The notes under the pieces are model-generated. The model had not been told where the DNA came from, searched no databases, and saw only the letters and a list, made by a program, of their open reading frames with translations. Position numbers and translations under genes: made by a program. A DNA stretch of 64,000 bases from an uncultured virus (IMG/VR IMGVR_UViG_3300029705_003980) (lineage: Duplodnaviria > Heunggongvirae > Uroviricota > Caudoviricetes): IMG/VR virus record IMGVR_UViG_3300029705_003980, one strand, 5' to 3'. Within the stretch, counting starts at the first letter, position 1. Each line of letters opens with the position of its first letter. This document shows positions 8,810-18,554 of the stretch, in pieces.

Positions 8810-10051
8810 ATGAAAGACACAACCATTTTACACAGCGATATGAACTGCTTTTATGCATCCGTTGAAATGATGCTGAATCCGAAGTTGCGAGACAAACCTG
8901 TGGCTGTATGTGGTTCAACCGAGGACAGACACGGCATTGTTCTTGCTAAATCGGAAAAAGCAAAAAAGGCAGGAGTGAAAACGGGTATGGTTAATTGGGA
9001 GGCACAAAGGCTCTGCCCCGACCTTATTCTTGTTCCTCCGCAGTACGACCAATACCTCAAATACTCAAAGCTCGCACACGAGATATATTATCGTTATACG
9101 GATTTGGTTGAGCCTTTCGGTATGGACGAATGTTGGCTCGATGTTTCTTGCTCCACTCGCCTTTATGGTTCAGGTGAGAAAATCGCACAACACATTCGTA
9201 ATGCCATCAAGGAAGAACTCGGTCTCACCGTCAGCATCGGTGTTTCCTATAATAAGATATTTGCCAAGCTCGGCTCGGATATGAAAAAGCCGGATGCGGT
9301 GACTGTCATTTCGGAAGCGGATGTAGAAAGCAAGGTGTGGACACTCCCGGCTTCGGAACTTTTGTATGTCGGCAGAGCAACAACCGCCAAGCTCGAAAGG
9401 TACGGCATACACACTATAGGTCAGCTTGCAGCCTTGACTCCACAAATCCTCAAGAGTTGGTTCGGAGTAAATGGTGTCAGTTTATGGCACTATGCCAACG
9501 GCACGGATGCTTCCCGTGTGATGCAGAAGGATTTTGTTTCACCTATCAAGACAATCGGTCACGGAATCACCTGCACAGCAGACCTTGAAAACGACACGGA
9601 GATATGGCGTGTGATGCTTGAGCTATGCCAAGACCTCGGACACAAACTGCGTATCCATAACTTGACCGCAAATGGTGTGCAAATTACGGTCAAAAGCAAT
9701 GACCTACAGTACAAGCAGTTTCAATGTCAGATGGGACTTCCGACCCAAAGTCCTATGGAAATAGCTCAAGCAGCACATAACCTATTTAGAAGAAACTACA
9801 AATGGAATGTCCCCGTCAGGGCAGTTACTGTACGAGCTATCAACCTTAAAGACAAGAATATGGCAGTACAGCTCGACCTTTTCACAGACCACGAAAAACG
9901 ACAGCGTAGAGAGACTATCGACAATACCATCGAGGAAATCCGCCGCCGTTTCGGAAAGAACTCTGTTTTTTCCGCTTCGCTTATGGGTGATTTGAAAATG
10001 CCGAATCACAGCTCCCACGAGATAACGATGCCGGGGATGATGTATCGTTAG
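8810..10051 (+). CDS. dinB: Y-family DNA polymerase IV
   Basis: HSDMNCFYASVE, GMDECWLD, AKLGSDMKKP and QLDLF clamp-binding motif; GAGGAGG RBS. Confidence 0.95.
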   Translation: MKDTTILHSDMNCFYASVEMMLNPKLRDKPVAVCGSTEDRHGIVLAKSEKAKKAGVKTGMVNWEAQRLCPDLILVPPQYDQYLKYSKLAHEIYYRYTDLVEPFGMDECWLDVSCSTRLYGSGEKIAQHIRNAIKEELGLTVSIGVSYNKIFAKLGSDMKKPDAVTVISEADVESKVWTLPASELLYVGRATTAKLERYGIHTIGQLAALTPQILKSWFGVNGVSLWHYANGTDASRVMQKDFVSPIKTIGHGITCTADLENDTEIWRVMLELCQDLGHKLRIHNLTANGVQITVKSNDLQYKQFQCQMGLPTQSPMEIAQAAHNLFRRNYKWNVPVRAVTVRAINLKDKNMAVQLDLFTDHEKRQRRETIDNTIEEIRRRFGKNSVFSASLMGDLKMPNHSSHEITMPGMMYR

Positions 10052-10062
10052 GAGGTATTGAA

Positions 10063-10221
10063 TTGAACAAGGTAAGTACAAAAGCAAAAATGGTAAAATG
10101 TCCAAACTGTAAGAAACGGGTCTTTGATGTTCAGTCTGCTCCCACAGGGAGCGTTGAGGTTCAACTCAAATGCCCTCATTGCAAAAACATAGTTAACATA
10201 TCGGTTGACAATAGAATCTAA
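10063..10221 (+). CDS. 52-aa zinc-ribbon protein (Com-like), absent from the ORF track
   Basis: GGAGGT RBS, TTG start, CPNC...CPHC. Confidence 0.8.
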   Translation: MNKVSTKAKMVKCPNCKKRVFDVQSAPTGSVEVQLKCPHCKNIVNISVDNRI

Positions 10222-10257
10222 CTACCGAGCAACGGCACCGCTTATAAACGAGTGACC

Positions 10258-10306
10258 AAATAGCCGGAGTAGAGCAAAAACAATGCTTTACTTCGGCTAT
10301 TTTTTT
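10258..10306 (+). terminator. Intrinsic terminator/attenuator upstream of the sigma-like gene
   Basis: Stem AAATAGCCGGAGTAGAGCA / TGCTTTACTTCGGCTATTT followed by a T tract. Confidence 0.8.
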
Positions 10307-10359
10307 ATGCCTGTAGCTCTCTGTTTCTGCTCTACCCGAAGAGAAAGGAACAGAAAAAT

Positions 10360-10746
10360 ATGAAAATTAAGTACGCATTTGCAACAGGCGAAACCACAGA
10401 AGTTGAAGTAAACGATGAAATCGGCACAATCATTCTTGATTCACGCAGAAAAGAAAAGAATCGTGACCGCATGGAAGAACGGCATTGTTATTCGATGGAT
10501 GCTATCGAATATGAGGGTATGGAATATGCCGACAACACAACTCCCGAAACCGAACTGCTGTCAAAGATTGAAAACAAGAAACTGACAGAAGCTCTTGAAC
10601 ACATTACTGTTTTGCAATTGGAACGCCTCTGCAAATTGGCAGAAGGAAAAAGCATACGGGAAATTGCACGAGAAGAAGGCAAGCATCATAGTGCTATTGA
10701 GGAGTCGATTGAGGCTGCGAGAAAAAAACTTAAAAAATTTTTATAA
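10360..10746 (+). CDS. Sigma-70 region 4 domain protein (small sigma-like regulator)
   Basis: C-terminal GKSIREIAREEGKHHSAIEESIEAARKKLKK HTH. Confidence 0.8.
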   Translation: MKIKYAFATGETTEVEVNDEIGTIILDSRRKEKNRDRMEERHCYSMDAIEYEGMEYADNTTPETELLSKIENKKLTEALEHITVLQLERLCKLAEGKSIREIAREEGKHHSAIEESIEAARKKLKKFL

Positions 10747-10790
10747 AACACCCCGCCAAATCCGCTTCTAAATGTCGGTATACCGAAAGG
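10745..10790 (+). promoter_or_regulatory. Bipartite motif, copy 1 (AAAACACCCCGCCAAA-N9-AAATGTCGGTA-N2-CCGAAAGG)
   Basis: Second copy with identical spacing at 47976-48021. Confidence 0.75.
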
Positions 10791-10825
10791 CACACAAAAT
10801 CAGCCTTTCGGAAAGAAGGTATCGT

Positions 10826-11029
10826 ATGAAGCACAACTTACAGATTAGTGTTTCAAAAAAGCCGAAGTATGGTGGCATAGTCAGTTGCCGCAGTATTTCG
10901 GTAAGGGAGCGTGTTTTGAGGTTCTTGCTCGGTTCACCTACCAAGCTCACAATTCTCGTTCCCGGTGACAGCGTGGAACAGCTGTCAATTAATGAAGTGC
11001 CGGGAGGTGAAACTTATGAAACTGTATGA
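10826..11029 (+). CDS. Conserved phage hypothetical protein
   Basis: MKHNLQISVSK...LVPGDSV; RBS; overlaps the next gene. Confidence 0.7.
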   Translation: MKHNLQISVSKKPKYGGIVSCRSISVRERVLRFLLGSPTKLTILVPGDSVEQLSINEVPGGETYETV

Positions 11030-11525
11030 AGTAAACCAAGCCATCGAAGACATCTTTGAAAGAATGGTTGACCCGGAAACAGGTGAAATCATCGGTGACG
11101 ATGCCCTTATGGATGAACTTTCTGCATTGCAAATGGAACGAAGCCGTATCCTTGAGTACCTTGCAAAAATCGTTCTCAACAACAAGGCTTCTATTGAATC
11201 CATCAAGGAAGAAGAACGCAGACTTCGTGAAAGACGAGGCACACTTGAACGCAAAACTGAAAAGATTATGCAAATCCTCGACAGAGAATGTGCAGGACAG
11301 AAAACCGACTGCGGTGTTGCCACTTTCTGCTACAGAAAAACAGCACGAGTTGAAGTATCCGATCTTGACACAGCTGTTGCTTGGCTTGATGAGAACGGAC
11401 ACAAGGAGTGCTACCGCATTCCTGCCCCGGAAATCAGCAAGACAGAAATTAAGCGTTTACTCACAGCCGGAAGCGAAGTTCCCGGTGTGGAATTGGTACA
11501 GGATTATTCCTGTAGTTTGAGATAA
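11016..11525 (+). CDS. Siphovirus Gp157-family protein
   Basis: MKLYE...DPETGE start, coiled coil, K..L.AG.EVPGVELV end. Confidence 0.85.
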   Translation: MKLYEVNQAIEDIFERMVDPETGEIIGDDALMDELSALQMERSRILEYLAKIVLNNKASIESIKEEERRLRERRGTLERKTEKIMQILDRECAGQKTDCGVATFCYRKTARVEVSDLDTAVAWLDENGHKECYRIPAPEISKTEIKRLLTAGSEVPGVELVQDYSCSLR

Positions 11526-11539
11526 GGAGGATTTGTAAA

Positions 11540-12493
11540 ATGCTAAAAATTACAGACGGAAAAATAAAAAGAGCACAGAAGGTGGTGCTGTACGGAAGCG
11601 AAGGTATCGGCAAAAGTACCTTTGCAGCGAGATTTCCGAACCCACTCTTCATTGATACCGAAGGCGGAACTTCCCATATGGATGTCCGCAGAATTGAAAA
11701 ACCGCAGACTTGGGATGAGCTGATTGCGGTTCTGAACGAGGTTGCTATAACAAAGAACCTCTGTGAATCCCTTGTTATAGACACAGCGGATTGGGCGGAG
11801 CAACTTGCTATCTCTCACATTTGCACAAAGTACAAAAAGACTGGACTTGAAGAGTTCGGCTACGGCAAAGGTTATACATACCTTGCAGAAGAATTTATGT
11901 CCTTTTTCGCTGTTCTCGACAAGATTATCGCATCGGGTGTGAATGTGGTAGTAACCGCACACGCAAAGATGCGTAAATTTGAACAGCCGGATGAAATGGG
12001 TGCATATGACCGTTGGGAAATGAAACTGTCAAAGCAGGTCGCACCGCTGTTTAAGGAATGGTGTGATATGCTCCTCTTCCTTAACTACCAGACATTTGTT
12101 GTCGCATCCGAAAACAAGTCGGCAAAAGTACAAGGCGGAAAGCGTGTTATTTATTCAAGCCACCATCCTTGTTGGGATGCCAAGAACAGACACGGACTGC
12201 CTGATGTTATGGACTTGGAGTATAGCAATATTGCTCATATTTTCGGTGATGATGTTGCTATTACAACAGAAGATGCAACCCAAAAATTACTCCTTATGCT
12301 TTCGGATGAAGGCATCACCGCAGCGGAGTTGCAGAAGGTTGTCGGCGAAAAGACAAAGATTGATGCTTCTACTCCTATTACGGAATACAAGCCGGACTTT
12401 ATCAACGGCTGGATTATGAAGTATTGGGAGCAGATAAAAAATATGATTTTAACAAATAGAAATGATGAAAACGGAGGTAACGATAATGTATAA
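11540..12493 (+). CDS. AAA_24 NTPase (Sak4-like single-strand annealing protein)
   Basis: YGSEGIGKST, FIDTEGG, VIDTADW, AKNR. Confidence 0.88.
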   Translation: MLKITDGKIKRAQKVVLYGSEGIGKSTFAARFPNPLFIDTEGGTSHMDVRRIEKPQTWDELIAVLNEVAITKNLCESLVIDTADWAEQLAISHICTKYKKTGLEEFGYGKGYTYLAEEFMSFFAVLDKIIASGVNVVVTAHAKMRKFEQPDEMGAYDRWEMKLSKQVAPLFKEWCDMLLFLNYQTFVVASENKSAKVQGGKRVIYSSHHPCWDAKNRHGLPDVMDLEYSNIAHIFGDDVAITTEDATQKLLLMLSDEGITAAELQKVVGEKTKIDASTPITEYKPDFINGWIMKYWEQIKNMILTNRNDENGGNDNV

Positions 12494-12980
12494 CGAACAG
12501 GCAAATATGTGTATGGATTGGAACGACGCCATTGAAAACGATGGTCAGGAGTTCGTCATTTTGGAAGAAGGTGACTACAACTTTGAGGTTGTGGAATTTG
12601 AGCGTGGCAGATACCCCGGTTCGGCAAAAATCCCCGCTTGCAACAAGGCAACTCTCACACTTGCTGTTATAACCGAAGATGGCAAAAGAGCAACAGTAAA
12701 GTTTGACCTTATTCTTTTCAGAACTCTTGAATGGAGAATTTCACAGTTTTTCCGCTGCATCGGTCAGAAGAAGCACGGAGAAAGACTTGTTATGGACTGG
12801 AACAAGGTTCTCGGTTCAAAGGGACGAGCAAAGTTCAAACCCCGTACCTATACCAATCGTGATGGCGAAGAAAGAGAAACAAATGATGTTGTTACTTTCT
12901 ATGACTATGACGAGAGTTTCTTCGCAAACGATACAAATTGGACAGAAATCACGGACGATGATGAACTCCCTTTTAATTAA
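12486..12980 (+). CDS. DUF669-like phage ssDNA-binding protein
   Basis: LEEGDYNFEV start, acidic DDELPF tail, follows the Sak4-like gene. Confidence 0.8.
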   Translation: MYNEQANMCMDWNDAIENDGQEFVILEEGDYNFEVVEFERGRYPGSAKIPACNKATLTLAVITEDGKRATVKFDLILFRTLEWRISQFFRCIGQKKHGERLVMDWNKVLGSKGRAKFKPRTYTNRDGEERETNDVVTFYDYDESFFANDTNWTEITDDDELPFN

Positions 12981-12994
12981 GGAGGTTGTGTCCA

Positions 12995-14575
12995 ATGATG
13001 AAACTCAGACCTTATCAGGCTGAGGCGAAGGATGCAATTCTGCACGAATGGGAAACGGGGCACCAACGCACTTTGTTGGTGCTCCCAACCGGGTGCGGAA
13101 AAACTGTTGTATTCGCCAAAGTTGCTGAAGAACAAGTAAATAAAGGTCGGCGAGTTTTGATTATGGCTCACAGAGGTGAGCTTTTAACCCAAGCCGCTGA
13201 CAAACTCAAATCCGCAACAGGACTTGACAGCGTTCTTGAAAAAGCGGAAAGCACATCTCTTGGAAGCTCTCTCCCGGTTACCATAGGCTCGGTTCAGTCT
13301 CTCGCACAAGAGAAGCGTCTTGCAAAGTTCCCGGCAGATTACTTTTCCGACATCATCGTTGATGAGGCACATCATTGTTTATCGGACAGTTACCGCAAGG
13401 TATTAGACCATTTTTCGGCAGCGAATGTTCTCGGAGTTACAGCAACCCCAGACCGTGGTGATATGAAAAACCTCGGTGAATATTTTGACAGCCGTGCTTA
13501 TGAATACACAATGACACGTGCCATTCGTGAAAAATACCTCTGCCCAATCAAGGCACAGATGATTCCGCTTGAGCTTGACATCAATGATGTTTCTATCTCC
13601 GGCGGTGATTTTAGTGTTGGTGATATAGGATTTGCACTTGAGCCTTTCTTGGAGCAGATTGCAAGAGAGATGTCGCACTACTGTGAAGGCAGAAAGACAG
13701 TGGTGTTTTTACCTCTTATTTCTACGGCACAGAAATTTTGCGAGATTCTGAAAAACTATGGGATGAACGCTGTGGAAGTAAACGGAAACAGCGATGACAG
13801 AGCTGAAATTTTGCAGGATTTTGAAAATGGTAAATACGATGTGCTTTGCAATTCTATGCTCCTCACCGAAGGTTGGGATTGTCCTTCCGTTGATTGTGTT
13901 GTAATCCTTCGTCCTACCAAAATGCGAGGTCTTTATCAGCAGATGGTTGGGCGTGGGATGAGACTTCACCCCGGCAAGGAAAATCTGCTTTTATTAGATT
14001 TTTTGTGGCTTACTTCAAGACACGATTTGTGCAGACCTTCTGCACTTATAAGCAAAGACGCAGAAATAGCAAACAAAATAAATGAAAAAATGAAAGACAG
14101 CGAAGATGGTGTTGACCTTATTGAAGCTGAAGAACAAGCCGAGAGAGATATCCTTGCCGAGCGTGAATCGGCACTTGCAAAACAGCTCGCTGAAATGAGA
14201 AAACGCAAAAGACAGCTTGTCGACCCACTTCAATATGCTCTTTCCATTGCAGCAGAAGACCTTATCGGCTATGTTCCCACCTTTGCTTGGGAAATGGCAC
14301 CGCCTTCTGAAAAGCAATTGGAGTTTCTTGAAAAGCGTGGCATTTTCTCGGAGAGTGTTGAGAATATGGGCAAAGCCTCTCTTCTCATTGACAGACTTAA
14401 AAGACGACAGGATGAAGGTCTTGCTACACCGAAGCAAATCCGCTGCCTTGAGCGTTATGGGTTCAGGCAGGTTGGCACTTGGCTTTTTGAGGATGCCGGA
14501 AAGATGATATCAAGACTTGCCATGAACGGATGGCGAGTTCCGCACGGAATAACAGTTCACACATACAGACCATAG
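12995..14575 (+). CDS. SF2 DEAD/DEAH-box helicase
   Basis: LRPYQ, LPTGCGKT, DEAHH, TATP, QMVGRGMR. Confidence 0.95.
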   Translation: MMKLRPYQAEAKDAILHEWETGHQRTLLVLPTGCGKTVVFAKVAEEQVNKGRRVLIMAHRGELLTQAADKLKSATGLDSVLEKAESTSLGSSLPVTIGSVQSLAQEKRLAKFPADYFSDIIVDEAHHCLSDSYRKVLDHFSAANVLGVTATPDRGDMKNLGEYFDSRAYEYTMTRAIREKYLCPIKAQMIPLELDINDVSISGGDFSVGDIGFALEPFLEQIAREMSHYCEGRKTVVFLPLISTAQKFCEILKNYGMNAVEVNGNSDDRAEILQDFENGKYDVLCNSMLLTEGWDCPSVDCVVILRPTKMRGLYQQMVGRGMRLHPGKENLLLLDFLWLTSRHDLCRPSALISKDAEIANKINEKMKDSEDGVDLIEAEEQAERDILAERESALAKQLAEMRKRKRQLVDPLQYALSIAAEDLIGYVPTFAWEMAPPSEKQLEFLEKRGIFSESVENMGKASLLIDRLKRRQDEGLATPKQIRCLERYGFRQVGTWLFEDAGKMISRLAMNGWRVPHGITVHTYRP

Positions 14576-14590
14576 ACGGGAGGCTCATAA

Positions 14591-16582
14591 ATGAAAACTA
14601 TATTAGCAGCACTTGAAGCCATAGATGTGGCATCGCTTTCATACCAAGAATGGGTTTCTGTGGGTATGGCTCTTCACTCCGAGGGATTTGACTGCTCGGT
14701 TTGGGAGGCTTGGAGCAGAAACGATAAAAGATACCATCCCGGTGAGTGTGAACGAAAGTGGCGCACCTTCAGTTCTGTTGCAATGCCTGTAAAAGCAGGA
14801 ACAATTGTGCAGATGGCAAAAGACCGTGGCTGGGTCTACCGAAACGAGGACGGGATTATGGATTGGAACGATACCATTTTAGAAGATGGAGATGGTTTCA
14901 CTCCTTACATTTCTTCACAGACCGAGCCAGCCACCTCACAGCTTTTAACTTATCTTGAAACCTTGTTTGATAAAGATGACTTTGTTGGTTATGTCACAAC
15001 GGATGTGTGGCAAGACAATGAAGGCAGATGGCTTCCCAAGAAAGGTGTATATAATCGCACCGCCGGAGACCTTATCGCTTCACTAAAAAAGCACCCGGAC
15101 GATTTGGGTGCAACAATCGGTGATTGGAAAAAGGACTGCGGAGCATGGATTCGCTTTAATCCCGTAGATGGCGAGGGTGTCAAAAACGATAATATTACAA
15201 AATTCAAGTACGCTCTTGTGGAATCGGACTCAATGCCGATTGCAGACCAAGATGCAATGTATCGCAAATTAGAGCTTCCCATTGCTTGTCTGGTACATAG
15301 TGGTGGTAAATCCCTTCATGCAATCGTGAAGGTTGATGCCGAGGACTATAACGAGTACCGAAAGCGTGTAGAGTTTCTGTATGACTTTTTGGAAAAAAAC
15401 GGAGTTGTAGTTGACAAGCAGAACCGAAACCCCTCTCGACTTTCTCGTATGCCGGGAGCAACAAGAAACGGAAATCCGCAGTATTTGGTAGCAACAAATA
15501 TCGGCAGGAAGTCTTGGGTTGACTGGCTTGACTTTGCCGAGGGTGTATCGGATGAACTACCGGGTCTTGTTTCGCTTGATGACTTCAAAGATAATTTACC
15601 AAAGCTCCCCGAAGAACTTATAAAAGGTGTGCTTCGCTGCGGACACAAGATGCTTATTTCCGGCTCGTCAAAGGCGGGTAAAAGTTTCTTGCTTATGGAG
15701 CTTTGCATTGCGATTGCAGAGGGAAAGCCGTGGCTTGGTTTCCCTTGTAAAAAAGGCAGAGTTCTGTATGTGAACCTTGAGATAGACCCCGCTTCCTGCA
15801 TTATGCGTTTTATGAAGATTTACGATGCTCTCGGCATTAAAAAGCAGAATATGGAAAACATCGTGATTTGGAATCTTCGTGGTCATGCAGTTCCTCTCGA
15901 CAAACTTGTCCCGAAGCTCATCCGCAGAGTTCGTGACCAGCACTATGATGCAATTATTGTTGACCCCATATACAAGGTTATAACCGGGGATGAAAACAAC
16001 GCATCGGATATGGCTTCATTCTGTAATCAGTTTGACAAGATTTGTACCGAGACAGGCTGTGCGACAATTTATTGTCATCATCACTCAAAGGGCGCTCAAG
16101 GTGCAAAGAAAGCAATGGACAGAGCAAGCGGTTCAGGTGTGTTTGCAAGAGACCCGGACGCACAACTTGATATGATTCAGCTTGAGCTTTCGGAAAATCA
16201 AATGAACACCCTTCGTGATGGCAATTCCACCGCTTGGCGTTTAGAGTGCAGCCTCCGTGAGTTCGAGAACTTCAAGCCTGTCAACTTCTGGTTTGAATAT
16301 CCTATACATCGAATTGATACACACGGAAATCTTGATACAGCTTATACGGAAGGTAGCATTGAGGCAGCACGTGCAAAGAACAAGAAATGCACTACCGCTG
16401 AAGAACGCAGAGACTCCCTTGATACAGCTTTTCAAGCCTGCTCTTTTATGCAACCCGTAACGATAACGGCAATGGCAGAATATTTGGGTGTTACTGAACG
16501 CTGTATAAGGGACAGACTTAAGGAAGCAAAAGATATTTATTGGACGAAAAACGGAACTGTCGGAAAGCACGAAAGCTCATAG
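14591..16582 (+). CDS. Primase-helicase (PriCT-2 plus RepA-like AAA_25 domain)
   Basis: YQEWVSVGMAL, SGGKSLHA, GSSKAGKS Walker A, HHHSKG. Confidence 0.88.
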   Translation: MKTILAALEAIDVASLSYQEWVSVGMALHSEGFDCSVWEAWSRNDKRYHPGECERKWRTFSSVAMPVKAGTIVQMAKDRGWVYRNEDGIMDWNDTILEDGDGFTPYISSQTEPATSQLLTYLETLFDKDDFVGYVTTDVWQDNEGRWLPKKGVYNRTAGDLIASLKKHPDDLGATIGDWKKDCGAWIRFNPVDGEGVKNDNITKFKYALVESDSMPIADQDAMYRKLELPIACLVHSGGKSLHAIVKVDAEDYNEYRKRVEFLYDFLEKNGVVVDKQNRNPSRLSRMPGATRNGNPQYLVATNIGRKSWVDWLDFAEGVSDELPGLVSLDDFKDNLPKLPEELIKGVLRCGHKMLISGSSKAGKSFLLMELCIAIAEGKPWLGFPCKKGRVLYVNLEIDPASCIMRFMKIYDALGIKKQNMENIVIWNLRGHAVPLDKLVPKLIRRVRDQHYDAIIVDPIYKVITGDENNASDMASFCNQFDKICTETGCATIYCHHHSKGAQGAKKAMDRASGSGVFARDPDAQLDMIQLELSENQMNTLRDGNSTAWRLECSLREFENFKPVNFWFEYPIHRIDTHGNLDTAYTEGSIEAARAKNKKCTTAEERRDSLDTAFQACSFMQPVTITAMAEYLGVTERCIRDRLKEAKDIYWTKNGTVGKHESS

Positions 16583-16746
16583 AAACGGAAATCTGCAAAA
16601 TCGCAGTTTTCTTCCGTGAACGGAAAACCTATTGTATATAGTCACTTCCGTTCCGTGCGTTCACGAGTGTGGGAAAGGCTGAAAGCGTTGCCTTTCCACA
16701 CTACGAAACGTTGAGTTAAAGGTTTTCCGACGGATTGGAGGAAATT

Positions 16747-17145
16747 ATGGAATTTTTTATATCAATGAATCCACCTACTGCTACAGCACAAGAAAAGCAA
16801 GTACGGGTGGTTAAGAATAAACCGATATTTTATGACCCGCCTGCGGTTAAGGAAGCAAAGAATGCTCTTCTTGCTCATCTTTCGGTACATAAACCGCAAA
16901 AACCGATGACGGGTGCAATCTCGCTCCGGGTATTATGGCTTTTTCCAAAAGGCAAAAGTCATAAAAACGGAGAGTGGCGAATTACACGACCCGATACTGA
17001 TAACCTTCAAAAGATGCTCAAGGATTGTATGACCCAATGCAAGTTTTGGAAGGACGATGCACAAGTAGTCCGTGAAATCGTTGAAAAGCGATGGTCGGAC
17101 GAACCTTGCGGAATTTATATCGAGGTCAACGAAATGGAGGGATAA
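16747..17145 (+). CDS. rusA: RusA-family Holliday junction resolvase
   Basis: RPDTDNLQKMLKD and WKDDAQV. Confidence 0.9.
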   Translation: MEFFISMNPPTATAQEKQVRVVKNKPIFYDPPAVKEAKNALLAHLSVHKPQKPMTGAISLRVLWLFPKGKSHKNGEWRITRPDTDNLQKMLKDCMTQCKFWKDDAQVVREIVEKRWSDEPCGIYIEVNEMEG

Positions 17146-17150
17146 AACTT

Positions 17151-17327
17151 ATGGCATTTTACGGCAGAAACGGTGAAGGTTATCCCGACCCAACAGCAAG
17201 TGCAGCAATTGGAAAAATTCGCACAGAAGAAAAAAGAAAGGAACGCCACGAAAGGCGAAAAAAGCAACGCAAGAAAAATCGTATGCTTCGTAAGCAGGCA
17301 GAAAGGATGATGACAAATGACAAGTAA
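17151..17327 (+). CDS. Small phage protein
   Basis: RNGEGYPDPTA motif; GGAGG RBS. Confidence 0.7.
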   Translation: MAFYGRNGEGYPDPTASAAIGKIRTEEKRKERHERRKKQRKKNRMLRKQAERMMTNDK

Positions 17328-17514
17328 TATGGATTGTTATGAAAACTTGGCTCAAGCTATTATCCTACAAGCGGTGAAAGATTACAGGCGAACGGAATGC
17401 AACAGTACAAAGGCACATATAATTCGATTTTTTCGTTCGGATTGGTTTAAGGTACTGACCAATTTGAACTGCGAAATCCTTATATCAAAGCTAAAGGAGG
17501 AAAAAAGCAGATGA
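17317..17514 (+). CDS. Small phage protein
   Basis: YENLAQAIILQAVKDY...FFRSDWF pattern. Confidence 0.75.
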   Translation: MTSNMDCYENLAQAIILQAVKDYRRTECNSTKAHIIRFFRSDWFKVLTNLNCEILISKLKEEKSR

Positions 17515-17930
17515 ATGCAAAGGAATATTTATCACAAGCAAAATACCTTGATATGCGTATAAACTCAAAACTTGAACAGTTGGAATCCTTGAACCTTCTT
17601 GCTACAAAAGCAACATCTGTTTTGACAGGGATGCCACATTCCCCAAGCAAAAGCACCTCTACAATGGCAGATGCAGTTGTAAAAATAATAGCTTTGCAGG
17701 AAGAAATAAATCAGGACATTGACGATTTGGTAGACACAAAACAGGAAATAACCAAGACAATAAAGGGCATTCAAAATGTGGAGTTTCAAACTATCTTGGA
17801 AAAGCGTTATTTGTGCTTCTTTTCTTGGGAGCAGATTGCAGCAACTATGAGCTATGACATAAGGTGGCTTCATCGTTTGCACGGCAGAGCTTTAGATGAG
17901 GTACAAGCATTGCTTGATAAGTCGGCTTAA
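17511..17930 (+). CDS. DUF1492/RinA-like late transcriptional activator
   Basis: AKEYLSQ...ILEKRYL...WEQIA...LHGRAL; last gene before the packaging module. Confidence 0.85.
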   Translation: MNAKEYLSQAKYLDMRINSKLEQLESLNLLATKATSVLTGMPHSPSKSTSTMADAVVKIIALQEEINQDIDDLVDTKQEITKTIKGIQNVEFQTILEKRYLCFFSWEQIAATMSYDIRWLHRLHGRALDEVQALLDKSA

Positions 17931-18007
17931 ATAACAAGCCACGAAAAGCCATAGAAGTTCACCTTGTTCTTATGGTATTATTATAATAGCAAAAAAGCAT
18001 ACACGAT

Positions 18008-18048
18008 AAGCCTTGTAGGAGCACCCCTCTCCTGCGAGGCTTTTCTTA
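18008..18048 (+). terminator. Terminator-like hairpin in the late-operon leader
   Basis: AAGCCTTGTAGGAG / CTCCTGCGAGGCTT followed by TTCTT. Confidence 0.7.
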
Positions 18049-18070
18049 TGCCCGATTGGAGGTGAATGAA

Positions 18071-18430
18071 GTGCCGAAGAAACCGAAGCGTCCTTGCTCT
18101 TTTCCCGGCTGCCCACGGCTTACTGACGGAAGGTTCTGTGAGGAACACCAAAAGGCTGAAGCCAAACGCTATGAGACCTATGACAGAGACCCGGAAGTTC
18201 GTAAACGATACGGCAGAGCTTGGAAAAGAATAAGAGATAGCTATGTGGCGGTGCATCCTATATGTGAACTTTGTGAAAAAGAAGGTCGGCTCACACCGAC
18301 AGAAGAAGTTCATCATATCTTGCCTCTCTCGGAGGGTGGCACACACGCAAGAGATAATCTCATCGCATTGTGTCAGTCCTGCCATGCAAAAATTCACGCT
18401 GACCGAGGAGACAGATGGCACAGAAAATGA
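18071..18430 (+). CDS. HNH endonuclease (terminase-associated)
   Basis: CELC...EVHHILPL...N.IALCQSCH. Confidence 0.92.
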   Translation: MPKKPKRPCSFPGCPRLTDGRFCEEHQKAEAKRYETYDRDPEVRKRYGRAWKRIRDSYVAVHPICELCEKEGRLTPTEEVHHILPLSEGGTHARDNLIALCQSCHAKIHADRGDRWHRK

Positions 18431-18431
18431 T

Positions 18432-18535
18432 GACCCGGTGGGGGTATCAAATCTCTACAGCTTTTCATTCGTGCAACGGGCGTGGGCTTTCGTGTAAATT
18501 TTCGCAAAAGTTTTCAGGGGAATAGACCCCCGGCG
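18432..18535. other. Candidate cos/packaging region
   Basis: GC-rich CCCGGTGGGGG...TCAAATCTCT intergenic stretch between HNH and terS, the usual cos position; inferred from position only. Confidence 0.45.
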
Positions 18536-18554
18536 AGAAAAGAGGTGTAATTTT

